Part shown: in pieces, positions 21,413 through 33,175 of the stretch
How positions within the stretch are numbered: the stretch's first letter is position 1
Layout: the number at the start of each line of letters is the position of its first letter
From: an uncultured Acidobacteriota bacterium
GTDB lineage: Bacteria > Acidobacteriota > Thermoanaerobaculia > Multivoradales > JAHEKO01
DNA: 64,000 bases
Assembly (NCBI GenBank): GCA_963713825.1
Contig: CAVQNG010000034.1
Span: forward strand, 64,001 to 128,000
Reading direction: 5' to 3'
Notes under the pieces: generated by a model
Told to the model about the DNA's origin: nothing
The model's input: only the letters and a program-made list of their open reading frames with translations
Database searches by the model: none
Made by a program: the position numbers and the translations under genes

Positions 21413-23851
21413 ATGAATCACTACGAGAAACTCGGGCAGTTCTACCTCGGCCGTACCACAGCCACAGACGGCGGCGAGGGCGAGCAGCCCTTGTTGCTGT
21501 ACGAATCGAAGGACCTGCTAACGCATGCCGTTTGCGTTGGCATGACGGGCAGCGGCAAGACGGGGCTCTGCATAGGGCTGATCGAAGAGGCTGCGATCGA
21601 TGGCATTCCTGCCATCGTCGTCGATCCCAAAGGCGACCTCGGCAACCTGCTTCTGACGTTCCCCGAGTTGCGCCCCGAGGATTTTCTGCCTTGGGTCAAC
21701 AAGGACGAGGCCCTCCAGCAGGGCGTCAGCGTCGAGGATTTCGCTGCGAGCCAGGCCGAGTTGTGGAGCAACGGCCTGCAGCAGTGGGGGCAAAGCGGCG
21801 AACGGATCGGCCGGCTTAAGGAGTCGGCCGACTTTGCGATTTTCACACCCGGCAGCGAAGCGGGGTTGCCGATCTCGGTACTGGACTCTTTCAAGGCCCC
21901 GTCACCCACCGATTGGGACGATGCCGACCTGATTCGCGATCGGATCGAGTCCACCGTCACGGGCCTACTCAGCCTTCTGGGGATCGAGGCCGATCCGATC
22001 CAGAGTCCAGAGCACATTCTCCTGTCGAACCTGCTCGAGCACTTCTGGCAGACCGGCACCGACGTCGGCCTGGTCGATCTCATTCAAGGAGTCCAGACAC
22101 CGCCTTTCGATCGGGTCGGAGCCTTCGACCTGGAGACGTTCTACTCGACCTCCAAGCGAACCACTCTGGCCATCAAGCTGAACAACCTCCTGGCTGCACC
22201 CAGTTTTCAAAGCTGGCTCGAAGGAGCGCCCCTCGACCTGGAGGAACTGCTCTACACGGAGTCTGGTCGACCCCGCGTGGCGGTCTTCTCGATCGCCCAC
22301 CTCTCCGACCAGCAGCGCATGTTCTTTGTCACACTCCTACTGAACGAGACTCTGAGTTGGATTCGCCGCCGGCCTGGAACCAACAGCCTGCGGGCCCTCT
22401 TGTACATGGATGAGATCTTCGGTTACCTGCCTCCCGTAGCCGAGCCACCCTCGAAGAAACCCCTTCTGACGTTGCTCAAGCAGGCCAGGGCCTACGGTCT
22501 GGGCGTCGTCTTGGCCACCCAGAACCCCGGCGACCTCGACTACAAGGGCCTGGCGAATATCGGTACCTGGTTCCTGGGCCGACTGCAGGCCGAGCGAGAC
22601 AAGGAGAAGGTTCTCGAGGGTCTCAAGGGAGTGACGGTCGATGGCGGCCCGAGTCGGAAGGAGCTGGACCGACTGCTCAGCGGACTCAAGAAGCGGACCT
22701 TTCTCCTTCACAATGTGAATGAGGACGGCCCGGTGTTGTTCGAGACGAGGTGGGTGATGTCGTACCTGCGGGGGCCTCTGACCCGAGATCAGATCCGCAC
22801 GCTGATGGCTGACCGGAGACTCGAGGAACCGGCGACAGAGGAGGCTGAGAGCACAGAGGCTTCCGCGGCTGACATGTCTGTCTCGGGTTCTGACGAGGCG
22901 GCGGCCGCCCAAGCTCCAGCAGCTGCCCCAACAGGCGCGCTCGAGAGTCCGGAGGTCGATCCCGACGTCGACCAGTACTTCTTTCAGCGGTCCTCAGACG
23001 ATCCCGCCTCGCCTCACTATGTGCCCTTCCTGCTGGGAGTGGGGAAGGTCGACTTTGTCGACCGGAAGACACGGGAGATTCTGTCCACCGACAAGGTCGA
23101 GCTGATCCTGCCACTCGAGGCAGAACAGGGTGAGGTCGATTGGTCGGTAGCCCAGGTCTTCGAGGCCGGGATCGACCAGCTTGGTCGAGAGCCAGCCACG
23201 GAGGCCACGTGGGGGTCGGTTCCTGAAGCGGCTCGAGATTCCACGAGCTACAAGGCGTGGAAGAAGGACCTGGAGGATTCTCTGTATCGGCAGCGCCGAC
23301 TCGAGATGTTCGAGAGCCCAGTGCTGAAGGTGACGTCGCTGCCGAAAGAGCCCGAACGCGATTTCAGAATCCGCCTGGCCGATCTTTCTCGCGCGGAGAG
23401 AGACCGACGGCTCGAAGCGCTGCGGGACTCCTTTTCAACCCGGCGGAGGAAGCTGGAAGATCGTTTGGAGCAAGCCGAAGGCCGTCTGGCGAAAGAAAAG
23501 GATCAGGCGAGTCGGGCCAAGCTGGAGACCGCCGTTTCGATCGGCACCACCCTGCTGTCTGTTCTGACAGGTCGGCGAAGACTCAGTCAGACGACGATCA
23601 ACCGAGCCGGCTCTTCGATTCGCGATGCTCAGGATTCGTCGCGGCAGGCCGAGGATGTTCGAGAGGCGAGAGAGTCGCTGGGGGCTCTCGAGGCGGAGCT
23701 CAGAGGGCTGGAGGAGGACCTGGCCCAGCAGGTAGAGGAGCTGGGACGAGATCTGGATCCGTACGAAGCGGAGCTCAAAACCCTGGTGATCCAGCCACGC
23801 CGAAGCGATGTGGATGTCCGGTCGGTGAGCTTGCTCTGGCTGAGTGACTAG
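21413..23851 (+). CDS. HerA/FtsK-superfamily (DUF87-like) P-loop ATPase with C-terminal coiled coil
   Basis: HAVCVGMTGSGKT (Walker A), VVDPKGD, LYMDE (Walker B), QARAYGLGVVLATQ. Acidic linker and heptad-rich C-terminus. Confidence 0.82.
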   Translation: MNHYEKLGQFYLGRTTATDGGEGEQPLLLYESKDLLTHAVCVGMTGSGKTGLCIGLIEEAAIDGIPAIVVDPKGDLGNLLLTFPELRPEDFLPWVNKDEALQQGVSVEDFAASQAELWSNGLQQWGQSGERIGRLKESADFAIFTPGSEAGLPISVLDSFKAPSPTDWDDADLIRDRIESTVTGLLSLLGIEADPIQSPEHILLSNLLEHFWQTGTDVGLVDLIQGVQTPPFDRVGAFDLETFYSTSKRTTLAIKLNNLLAAPSFQSWLEGAPLDLEELLYTESGRPRVAVFSIAHLSDQQRMFFVTLLLNETLSWIRRRPGTNSLRALLYMDEIFGYLPPVAEPPSKKPLLTLLKQARAYGLGVVLATQNPGDLDYKGLANIGTWFLGRLQAERDKEKVLEGLKGVTVDGGPSRKELDRLLSGLKKRTFLLHNVNEDGPVLFETRWVMSYLRGPLTRDQIRTLMADRRLEEPATEEAESTEASAADMSVSGSDEAAAAQAPAAAPTGALESPEVDPDVDQYFFQRSSDDPASPHYVPFLLGVGKVDFVDRKTREILSTDKVELILPLEAEQGEVDWSVAQVFEAGIDQLGREPATEATWGSVPEAARDSTSYKAWKKDLEDSLYRQRRLEMFESPVLKVTSLPKEPERDFRIRLADLSRAERDRRLEALRDSFSTRRRKLEDRLEQAEGRLAKEKDQASRAKLETAVSIGTTLLSVLTGRRRLSQTTINRAGSSIRDAQDSSRQAEDVREARESLGALEAELRGLEEDLAQQVEELGRDLDPYEAELKTLVIQPRRSDVDVRSVSLLWLSD

Positions 23852-23896
23852 AGGTTCCCGACCGGTGGGAGTCGACCTGCTGAGCTCGGACTCGGA

Positions 23897-25378
23897 TCAG
23901 CGTTGTCGTTCGACCCAATAGTTGGGAGCTTCCTTGGTGATCAGCACGTCGTGGGCGTGGCTCTCTTTGAGCCCTGCCGAAGTGACTCTGACAAACCGGG
24001 CTTCGGCTCTCAACTCGCCGATGTCACCGCACCCGGCCAATCCCATACCCGACCGTAGCCCTCCCGTCAGCTGCGGCAGCATCTGGTGGACGCTGCCCTT
24101 GTAGGGGACCATGCCTTCGATGCCTTCCGGAACCATCTTGCTGAGCTCCCCGTTGGCGTCTTGAAAGTAGCGATCGGCGCTGCCCTTGGCCATGGCAGAC
24201 AGCGAGCCCATTCCTCGGTAGGCCTTGAAGGTCCGCCCCTGATAGAGGATGGTTTCTCCGGGACTCTCTTCGGTGCCGGCAAACAGTGAGCCGATCATGA
24301 CCGAGTGAGCGCCAGCGGCGATTGCTTTGCTGATATCGCCAGAGAACTTGATGCCACCATCGGCAATCACCGGGATGTCCTTTTCGGTCGCCGCCTCGCA
24401 AGCCTGTTGGATTGCGGTGATCTGTGGCATGCCGGCCCCGGTGACGACTCGTGTGGTGCAGATGGAGCCTGGGCCGATCCCGACCTTGACGGCGTCCACA
24501 TCGCGGTCGATCAGAGCCTGAGCGCCAGCCCGGGTGGCGACGTTGCCGGCGATCAGCTTGATGTCCGGGTACTGCTCCCTGAGAGTCGCGAGGGCCGACA
24601 GGACTCCGGCGCTATGAGCGTGTGAGGAGTCGAGTAGAAGAAAATCCACCTGTGCATCGATCAGAGCGGCTGCCCTATCCAGGCTATCCGTCGAAGCCCC
24701 GACTGCCGCCCCAACGCGTAGCCGGCCCAGCTCGTCCTTGCAGGCGCGGGGGAACTCGATCGCCTTTTGAATGTCCTTGACGGTAATGAGTCCCTTCAGG
24801 CTGCCGGCGGCGTCGACCACCAGCAGTTTCTCGATCTTGTGTTGGTGCAGGAGTGCCTTGGCCTCCTCCAGGGTCGTACCCTCGGCCACTGTGACCAGCT
24901 CCTCCTTGGTCATCAGGTCGTCGATCCGCTTGTCCAGGTTGGTTTCGAATCTGAGATCGCGGTTGGTGAGAATGCCGACGAGCCGACCGCCGTCCGAGGT
25001 CACAGGCACTCCGGAGATCTTGTAGCGCGCCATGACCTCCAACGCCTCGCCAATGCGCTGCTCGGGGCGCATCGTCACCGGATCGACGATCATCCCAGCT
25101 TCACTGCGTTTGACTTTGTCCACCTCTTCAGCCTGCGCGTCGATGGAGAGGTTCTTGTGGATGACGCCAACGCCGCCAGCCTGGGCAACGGCGATCGCCA
25201 GGCGCGACTCCGTGACCGTATCCATGGCCGCTGTGGTCACGGGAATGTTCATGTCGATGCCTCGACACAGGCGGGTCTTCAAATCGACCTCGTTGGGATG
25301 CACCTCGGAGTGACCCGGAGCGATCAGGACATCGTCGAAAGTAAGGGCTTCTTCAGGCAGCTTGTTGTGCTGGCTCAT
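23897..25378 (-). CDS. guaB: IMP dehydrogenase
   Basis: [11 protein letters not shown] pair, [26 protein letters not shown]. Confidence 0.97.
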   Translation of the reverse strand: MSQHNKLPEEALTFDDVLIAPGHSEVHPNEVDLKTRLCRGIDMNIPVTTAAMDTVTESRLAIAVAQAGGVGVIHKNLSIDAQAEEVDKVKRSEAGMIVDPVTMRPEQRIGEALEVMARYKISGVPVTSDGGRLVGILTNRDLRFETNLDKRIDDLMTKEELVTVAEGTTLEEAKALLHQHKIEKLLVVDAAGSLKGLITVKDIQKAIEFPRACKDELGRLRVGAAVGASTDSLDRAAALIDAQVDFLLLDSSHAHSAGVLSALATLREQYPDIKLIAGNVATRAGAQALIDRDVDAVKVGIGPGSICTTRVVTGAGMPQITAIQQACEAATEKDIPVIADGGIKFSGDISKAIAAGAHSVMIGSLFAGTEESPGETILYQGRTFKAYRGMGSLSAMAKGSADRYFQDANGELSKMVPEGIEGMVPYKGSVHQMLPQLTGGLRSGMGLAGCGDIGELRAEARFVRVTSAGLKESHAHDVLITKEAPNYWVERQR

Positions 25379-25408
25379 GATGGACTCACGTGAATGTAGT
25401 GAAGAGAA

Positions 25409-25424
25409 GGCCCCCGCAGGGGCC
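25409..25424 (-). terminator. Terminator-like hairpin between secA and guaB
   Basis: Minus strand reads GGCCCC-TGCG-GGGGCC followed by TTCTCTTC. Confidence 0.45.
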
Positions 25425-25497
25425 GGCCGTGGCTAGCGTATCAGAAGCCAGGCGTGGGGAGGCGAAGGGATGGGAGCCGGGTTCCGCCAGCGGCGGC

Positions 25498-28197
<2,700 letters not shown>

Positions 28198-28334
28198 TCT
28201 GGAACTCTCTCTTGAGCTGGAGTAGGGGCAGAGACGCCCCGACAGGCGTTAACAAGGTCAGTGTAGCAAAGATTCCCTCGGACTCCTGGCCGTGCAGCAG
28301 GCCTGGCGGTCCGAATACGAAGGTCTGTTCGGGC

Positions 28335-29210
28335 TCAGGAGCGGCTCGGCCGCTTGTCCAGGATGTAGGCCAGGGGATTGACGGGTTGCCCTTCGACCCG
28401 GACCTCGTAATGCAAATGGAAGCCTGTCGTGCGCCCGGTATTGCCGACGAATCCGATCACTTCGCCGCGGCGGACTCGCTGGCCGGGCTCGACGTTGTAG
28501 CTCGCCAAGTGGCCGTAGCGTGTCACCACTCCATGACCGTGCGACAGATCGACAGAGTTCCCGAGGCGCCCGTTGCGCCGTGCACGCAAGACGACGGCGT
28601 CGGCCGTTGCCTTGACCGGTTGACCCGGGGAGGTGGAGATGTCGATGGCTCGATGCAGGGCGCGCTGTCCCGTGACGGGGTCGCTACGATACCCGTAGCT
28701 GCTGGTCAGAAGGCCGCGAACAGGCGAGATCGAGGGCGTAGCCGCAGCCAACTGCAGTCTCTCAGCCAACTCGGCGCTGATGCTCTGCAGGCCCCGGTCC
28801 AGAAGATCGGCGCGGTCGTTGAGATGTCCGAGCCTACCTTGCTCTGGCAGAAGTAGGTCTTCACCGCCGATGCCTGGGTCCTGTTCGAGTCCCAGGCCGT
28901 CGAGTCCTGCCACGATGGCCAATTGCCGGGTCCGATCCTCGAAGTCGGCCAATTGCCGGGTGAGGTCCCGGACACTGGTCTCAAAGTCCTGGTTGACTTC
29001 CCGGAGACGGAGGTTTTCCTTCTCCAGTTGCGTCAACTGGGCCTTGTCGATTGAGGCAAAAAAGAAGGACCAGGTCGAAACCACCGCCAAGAGCAACAGC
29101 AGCACAGCCGCAAGGGCCGCCACCGCGAGTTGACGCGAGCTGACGGTCCATTTGCGGAACTTGGCGCGCGAATGCGGCACCAAGATGATGGTGTGGTGCT
29201 TCAGTCCCAT
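28335..29210 (-). CDS. M23 family metallopeptidase with N-terminal TM and coiled coil
   Basis: HRAID (HxxxD), TRYGHL, TGFHLHYEV (HxH). Confidence 0.92.
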   Translation of the reverse strand: MGLKHHTIILVPHSRAKFRKWTVSSRQLAVAALAAVLLLLLAVVSTWSFFFASIDKAQLTQLEKENLRLREVNQDFETSVRDLTRQLADFEDRTRQLAIVAGLDGLGLEQDPGIGGEDLLLPEQGRLGHLNDRADLLDRGLQSISAELAERLQLAAATPSISPVRGLLTSSYGYRSDPVTGQRALHRAIDISTSPGQPVKATADAVVLRARRNGRLGNSVDLSHGHGVVTRYGHLASYNVEPGQRVRRGEVIGFVGNTGRTTGFHLHYEVRVEGQPVNPLAYILDKRPSRS

Positions 29211-29276
29211 GACAATTCGACAAGAGTCAAGGCGGCTAGGTCTTCCCCCAAGAAGAAACTGGCCCGGTCGGGGCCT

Positions 29277-29304
29277 ATTCTACTTTGGCTATGACGACTG
29301 TCAA
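29277..29304 (-). promoter_or_regulatory. Sigma70-type promoter for M23 peptidase-secA
   Basis: Minus strand TTGACA-16 bp-TAGAAT, ~70 bp upstream of the M23 start. Confidence 0.65.
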
Positions 29305-29315
29305 GGTGAGGGGGC

Positions 29316-29353
29316 GGAGCCGACAGGAGCGGTTCGGACAACCTGTCGGCTCC
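29316..29353 (-). terminator. Strong hairpin downstream of acs
   Basis: Perfect 12-bp inverted repeat GGAGCCGACAGG / CCTGTCGGCTCC with a 14-nt loop; no clear U-tract. Confidence 0.5.
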
Positions 29354-29436
29354 ACCCATCGTTCTCGGGTTTAGCCTTCGTTCGTGCCGCCCGACAGAGG
29401 GTGGCGGATGCGACTCTCAGGCCTGGTCGATGTCGA

Positions 29437-31428
29437 TCAGCCCCTGCCCTCGATCAGGCTCTCGACGACGGACGGATCCGCCAGCGTCGAGGTGTCACCC
29501 AGATTGCCGGTGTCCTTCTCGGCCACCTTGCGAAGAATGCGTCGCATGATCTTGCCCGACCTGGTTTTGGGTAGAGCCGGCGCAAACTGGATGGCCTCCG
29601 GAGTCGCAATTGGTCCGATCTCGGTGCGGACATGCTTCACGAGGGCCATGCGCAGCTCGTCACTGGGTTCGACACCTTCGACCGGAGTCACGAAGGCGTA
29701 GAGACCCTGACCCTTGATGTCGTGGGGTACCGGTGTAACGGCCGCTTCAGCGACCGAGGGGTGACTGACCAGGGCGCTCTCGATCTCGGCAGTTCCCAGA
29801 CGGTGGCCCGAGACGTTGACGACATCGTCGATGCGGCCCATCAGCCAGAAGTCACCATCCTCATCGACTCGGCAGCCATCGGCCGTGAAGTACAGATCGG
29901 AGTACATTGTGAAATAGGTGTCGATGAAACGGTCGTGATCGCCCCACATGGTGCGCATCATGCCCGGCCAGGGTTTGCGCACGCAGAGCTTGCCGCCCTC
30001 ATTGGCATCGCACTCGCTGCCATCGTCGCGCAGAACGACTGCATCGACTCCAAAGAAGGGTCGCGAGGCGCTTCCAGGCTTCAGGGTGTGCGCACCCGGG
30101 AAGGGCGTGATCATGAAGCCACCGGTTTCCGTCTGCCACCAGGTGTCGACAATCGGGCAGCGCCCGTGTCCAATGCGGTCGTAGTACCACATCCAGGCCT
30201 CGGGGTTGATCGGTTCGCCGACTGTGCCGAGCACTCGCAGCGAGTCCAGCTTGTACTTGGCAGGCCACTCATCGCCCAGCCGCATCAGCGCCCGCAAAGC
30301 GGTCGGCGCCGTATAGAAGACCGTGACGCCGAACTTGTCACAGATCTGCCAGAAGCGGCCGGCGTCGGGGTAGGTCGGCACACCCTCGAACATGAGCGAG
30401 GTGGCACCGTTCGCCAGCGGTCCGTAGACGATGTAGCTGTGGCCTGTCACCCAGCCGATGTCGGCGGTGCACCAGTAGATGTCGTCGTCATGGACGTCGA
30501 AAATGAGCTTGTGAGACAGGCTCGTATGCATCAGGTAGCCGCCGGTCGTGTGAACCACGCCCTTGGGCTTGCCGGTGGAGCCGGAGGTGTAGAGGATGAA
30601 GAGCATGTCCTCGGCGTTCATGGGCTCCGCTTCGCATTCGGTGTCGACCTTGGCCATCTCATCGCCGTACCAGACATCCCTGCCCTCCTGCATGCCGCAG
30701 GGCTCGTCATTGACCTTCACCACGATCACCGTCTCGACCGATGGAGTTTCCTTGACAGCCTCGTCGACGATGTCCTTGAGGTGGATCTGCTTGCCGGACC
30801 GGCGCAGGATATTGGCCGTGATGATCATCTTGCAGTCGGAGTCGTTGACGCGGCCGCGGATCGCCTCGGCGCTGAAGCCGCCGAAGATCACGGAGTGGAT
30901 GGCGCCGATTCGCGCACAAGCCAGCATGGCGACTGCCAGCTCTGGAACCATCCCTAAGTAGACGGCGACTCGATCGCCCTTCTGGATGCCGTGGGCCTTG
31001 AGAACGTTGGCGAATCGACGGACCTCGTCGTAGAGCTCGCGATAGGTGATGTGCTGGACCGCGTCCTCTTCTTCACCTTGCCAGATGATCGCCGTCTTGT
31101 TCTCGATGGGCGTTCCCATGTGCCGATCGAGACAGTTGTAGGACACATTGAGGGCACCGTCGGCAAACCAGGTGTGCTCGATGCGGCGGTTCTCGGTGTC
31201 CCAGACGTACTCGAGTGTCTTCGTGGGCTCCTTGAACCAGGACAGGCTCTTGGCCTGCTCGAGCCAGAATTCGTCGGGTTGCTCGATCGACATGCGCCAC
31301 ATCGTCTCGAACTCTTCCGGGCTCGAGATGTGTGCCCTGCCACGAACTTCTTCGGACGGAGGGAAGGTCCGCTTCTCGGTCATCAGAGATTCGATGGACT
31401 TTTTCTTGGATTCCATGATTGTGCTCAT
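29437..31428 (-). CDS. acs: Acetyl-CoA synthetase (AMP-forming)
   Basis: [33 protein letters not shown], acetylatable lysine motif [12 protein letters not shown]. Confidence 0.97.
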   Translation of the reverse strand: MSTIMESKKKSIESLMTEKRTFPPSEEVRGRAHISSPEEFETMWRMSIEQPDEFWLEQAKSLSWFKEPTKTLEYVWDTENRRIEHTWFADGALNVSYNCLDRHMGTPIENKTAIIWQGEEEDAVQHITYRELYDEVRRFANVLKAHGIQKGDRVAVYLGMVPELAVAMLACARIGAIHSVIFGGFSAEAIRGRVNDSDCKMIITANILRRSGKQIHLKDIVDEAVKETPSVETVIVVKVNDEPCGMQEGRDVWYGDEMAKVDTECEAEPMNAEDMLFILYTSGSTGKPKGVVHTTGGYLMHTSLSHKLIFDVHDDDIYWCTADIGWVTGHSYIVYGPLANGATSLMFEGVPTYPDAGRFWQICDKFGVTVFYTAPTALRALMRLGDEWPAKYKLDSLRVLGTVGEPINPEAWMWYYDRIGHGRCPIVDTWWQTETGGFMITPFPGAHTLKPGSASRPFFGVDAVVLRDDGSECDANEGGKLCVRKPWPGMMRTMWGDHDRFIDTYFTMYSDLYFTADGCRVDEDGDFWLMGRIDDVVNVSGHRLGTAEIESALVSHPSVAEAAVTPVPHDIKGQGLYAFVTPVEGVEPSDELRMALVKHVRTEIGPIATPEAIQFAPALPKTRSGKIMRRILRKVAEKDTGNLGDTSTLADPSVVESLIEGRG

Positions 31429-31659
31429 CTCCCTAGGCTGTCCATGAGTGGATCAAAGACTGTATCGTGATTCGGAATGCTTCGAAGCGAGATTGCGAGT
31501 CGCACGAGTGGATGCCAGTGCCGGACTTTTCCCCTTTTCTGGATCGACTTGCTGCGAGTGCTGCGGCTCCAGGAGTCTGGAGATTGACGGGCTCCCCAAA
31601 GGGGTGCCCTGAGTCTCATCGTAGTGTTGCAGCGAGTCGTGTTCGAAGGAACACCCGGC

Positions 31660-31681
31660 GGGGTAGGACGTCGCCTACCCC
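31660..31681. promoter_or_regulatory. Perfect 8-6-8 inverted repeat in the acs/MFS divergent promoter region (candidate operator)
   Basis: GGGGTAGG-ACGTCG-CCTACCCC. Confidence 0.45.
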
Positions 31682-31822
31682 TTGAGGGCGTTGAATTTGG
31701 GCCCAACAATGCTACTTTTTTCCGAGTGGTCGGGGCCGCCCGAAGCAGGGTGGTCGACCGAGCTTCCCACGATCGGAAACTCCTTTTCGTTTCACCCATA
31801 AATAAGAGCTCGGAGGGACAGT

Positions 31823-33175
31823 ATGAGCAGGGAATCTGCCGGCAATCGCTGGACCGTAATCCTCGGAGGCCTGATCGTTCAGATCATCCTAGGTACCGTC
31901 TACGCCTTCAGCGTTTTTGTTAAACCCCTGGAGTCACAGATGGGTTGGGACCGGGCCACTACGCAGTGGGCCTTCTCGGTTACCTTGGCGACGTTCGCAA
32001 TCGTGATGATTCCAGCGGGCCGTCTTCAGGACCGGATCGGGCCCCGAAAAGTCGCCTCGATCGGTGGCATCCTTCTCGGGATCTCTTTCCTGGCCGGGGC
32101 CCTCTTGGTAGCACCTGAACGCCCCTGGGCTCTGTATCTGACTTACGGCGTCATCGGCGGTGCCGGAATCGGTTTCGCCTATGTCTGTCCCATCGCCGCA
32201 GCAGTCAAGTGGTTCCCTGACAAGAAGGGGCTGATCACCGGACTGGCGGTGGCCGGGTTCGGTGCCGGGGCACTCTTTTTCGCCGGTCCTGCTTCGGTTC
32301 TGTTGCAAGCGCCCGGAGGAGGAGAAGAGGGATTGGGCTTGCTCCAGATCATCATGATCGGCCTGGGTTTCTCTGCGGGCCCTGGTTTCGGGATCGGCTG
32401 GCGGGCCTTCTTCGTCATGCACGGCCTGGTAGCAGGAGTCGGTGTGCTACTGGGAGCCTCTCTTCTGCGGAACCCCCCCGAGGGTTGGAAGCCACCGGGA
32501 TGGTCTCCCGATCCAGCTGTGGTCAAGGTCCAGCGGGATGTTGAATGGCACGAGATGCTCAATCGACCTCTGGCCTGCATGCTGTGGATCACCTTCATCT
32601 TCGGTGCCACGTCTGGCCTTCTCGCGATCGGTCAGTGGAAGCCCATGATGGGCACGATTCTCGGTGGTAGCACTTTTGCGCCCGCGTGGATGGGCAGCTT
32701 CGGGCGATTCGTGGAGCCGGTCGGAATCTTGGCCATCTTCAACGCCATCGGTCGAATCTTCTGGGGCAAGATCAGCGACATCATCGATCGCCCGCGCGCC
32801 ATGATGATCATGTATCTGGGACAGGGACTGGCCTTCATGCTGCTGGCCGGAATCGACTCGGTATTGGCGGTGTTTGTGGCCTCGGCCTGGGTCGGCCTCA
32901 ACTTTGGTGGTAACTTCGCCCTCTTTCCGTCTGCCACGGCCGACTATTTCGGTACCAAGAATCTGGGCATGAACTACGGATGGATCTTCACAGCATACGG
33001 TGTGGCGGGCATTCTCGGACCGGCGGTGGGAGGAGTCTTGTTCGACGCCACCCAGGACTACATCCTGGCCTTCCTGTTCGCCGGGGTCCTGTGCTTTCTC
33101 GCCGCTGCCTGTTCGATCGTGGTTTGGGCTTTGTCGAGAAGACCCGTAGACGGAGCCGAAACGAGCAATGCTTGA
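31823..33175 (+). CDS. OFA/OxlT-like MFS monocarboxylate transporter
   Basis: GTVYAFSVF, AGRLQDRIGPR, GIGFAYVCPIAAAVKWFPDKKGLITGLAVAGFGAG, DYFGTKNLGMNYG. Confidence 0.9.
   Translation: MSRESAGNRWTVILGGLIVQIILGTVYAFSVFVKPLESQMGWDRATTQWAFSVTLATFAIVMIPAGRLQDRIGPRKVASIGGILLGISFLAGALLVAPERPWALYLTYGVIGGAGIGFAYVCPIAAAVKWFPDKKGLITGLAVAGFGAGALFFAGPASVLLQAPGGGEEGLGLLQIIMIGLGFSAGPGFGIGWRAFFVMHGLVAGVGVLLGASLLRNPPEGWKPPGWSPDPAVVKVQRDVEWHEMLNRPLACMLWITFIFGATSGLLAIGQWKPMMGTILGGSTFAPAWMGSFGRFVEPVGILAIFNAIGRIFWGKISDIIDRPRAMMIMYLGQGLAFMLLAGIDSVLAVFVASAWVGLNFGGNFALFPSATADYFGTKNLGMNYGWIFTAYGVAGILGPAVGGVLFDATQDYILAFLFAGVLCFLAAACSIVVWALSRRPVDGAETSNA

Noticed and set aside
31429-31822. Riboswitch or small ORF in the acs/MFS intergenic region
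   Set aside because: No known aptamer consensus recognised, and the short ORFs lack protein-like features; an Rfam scan would be needed to exclude it.
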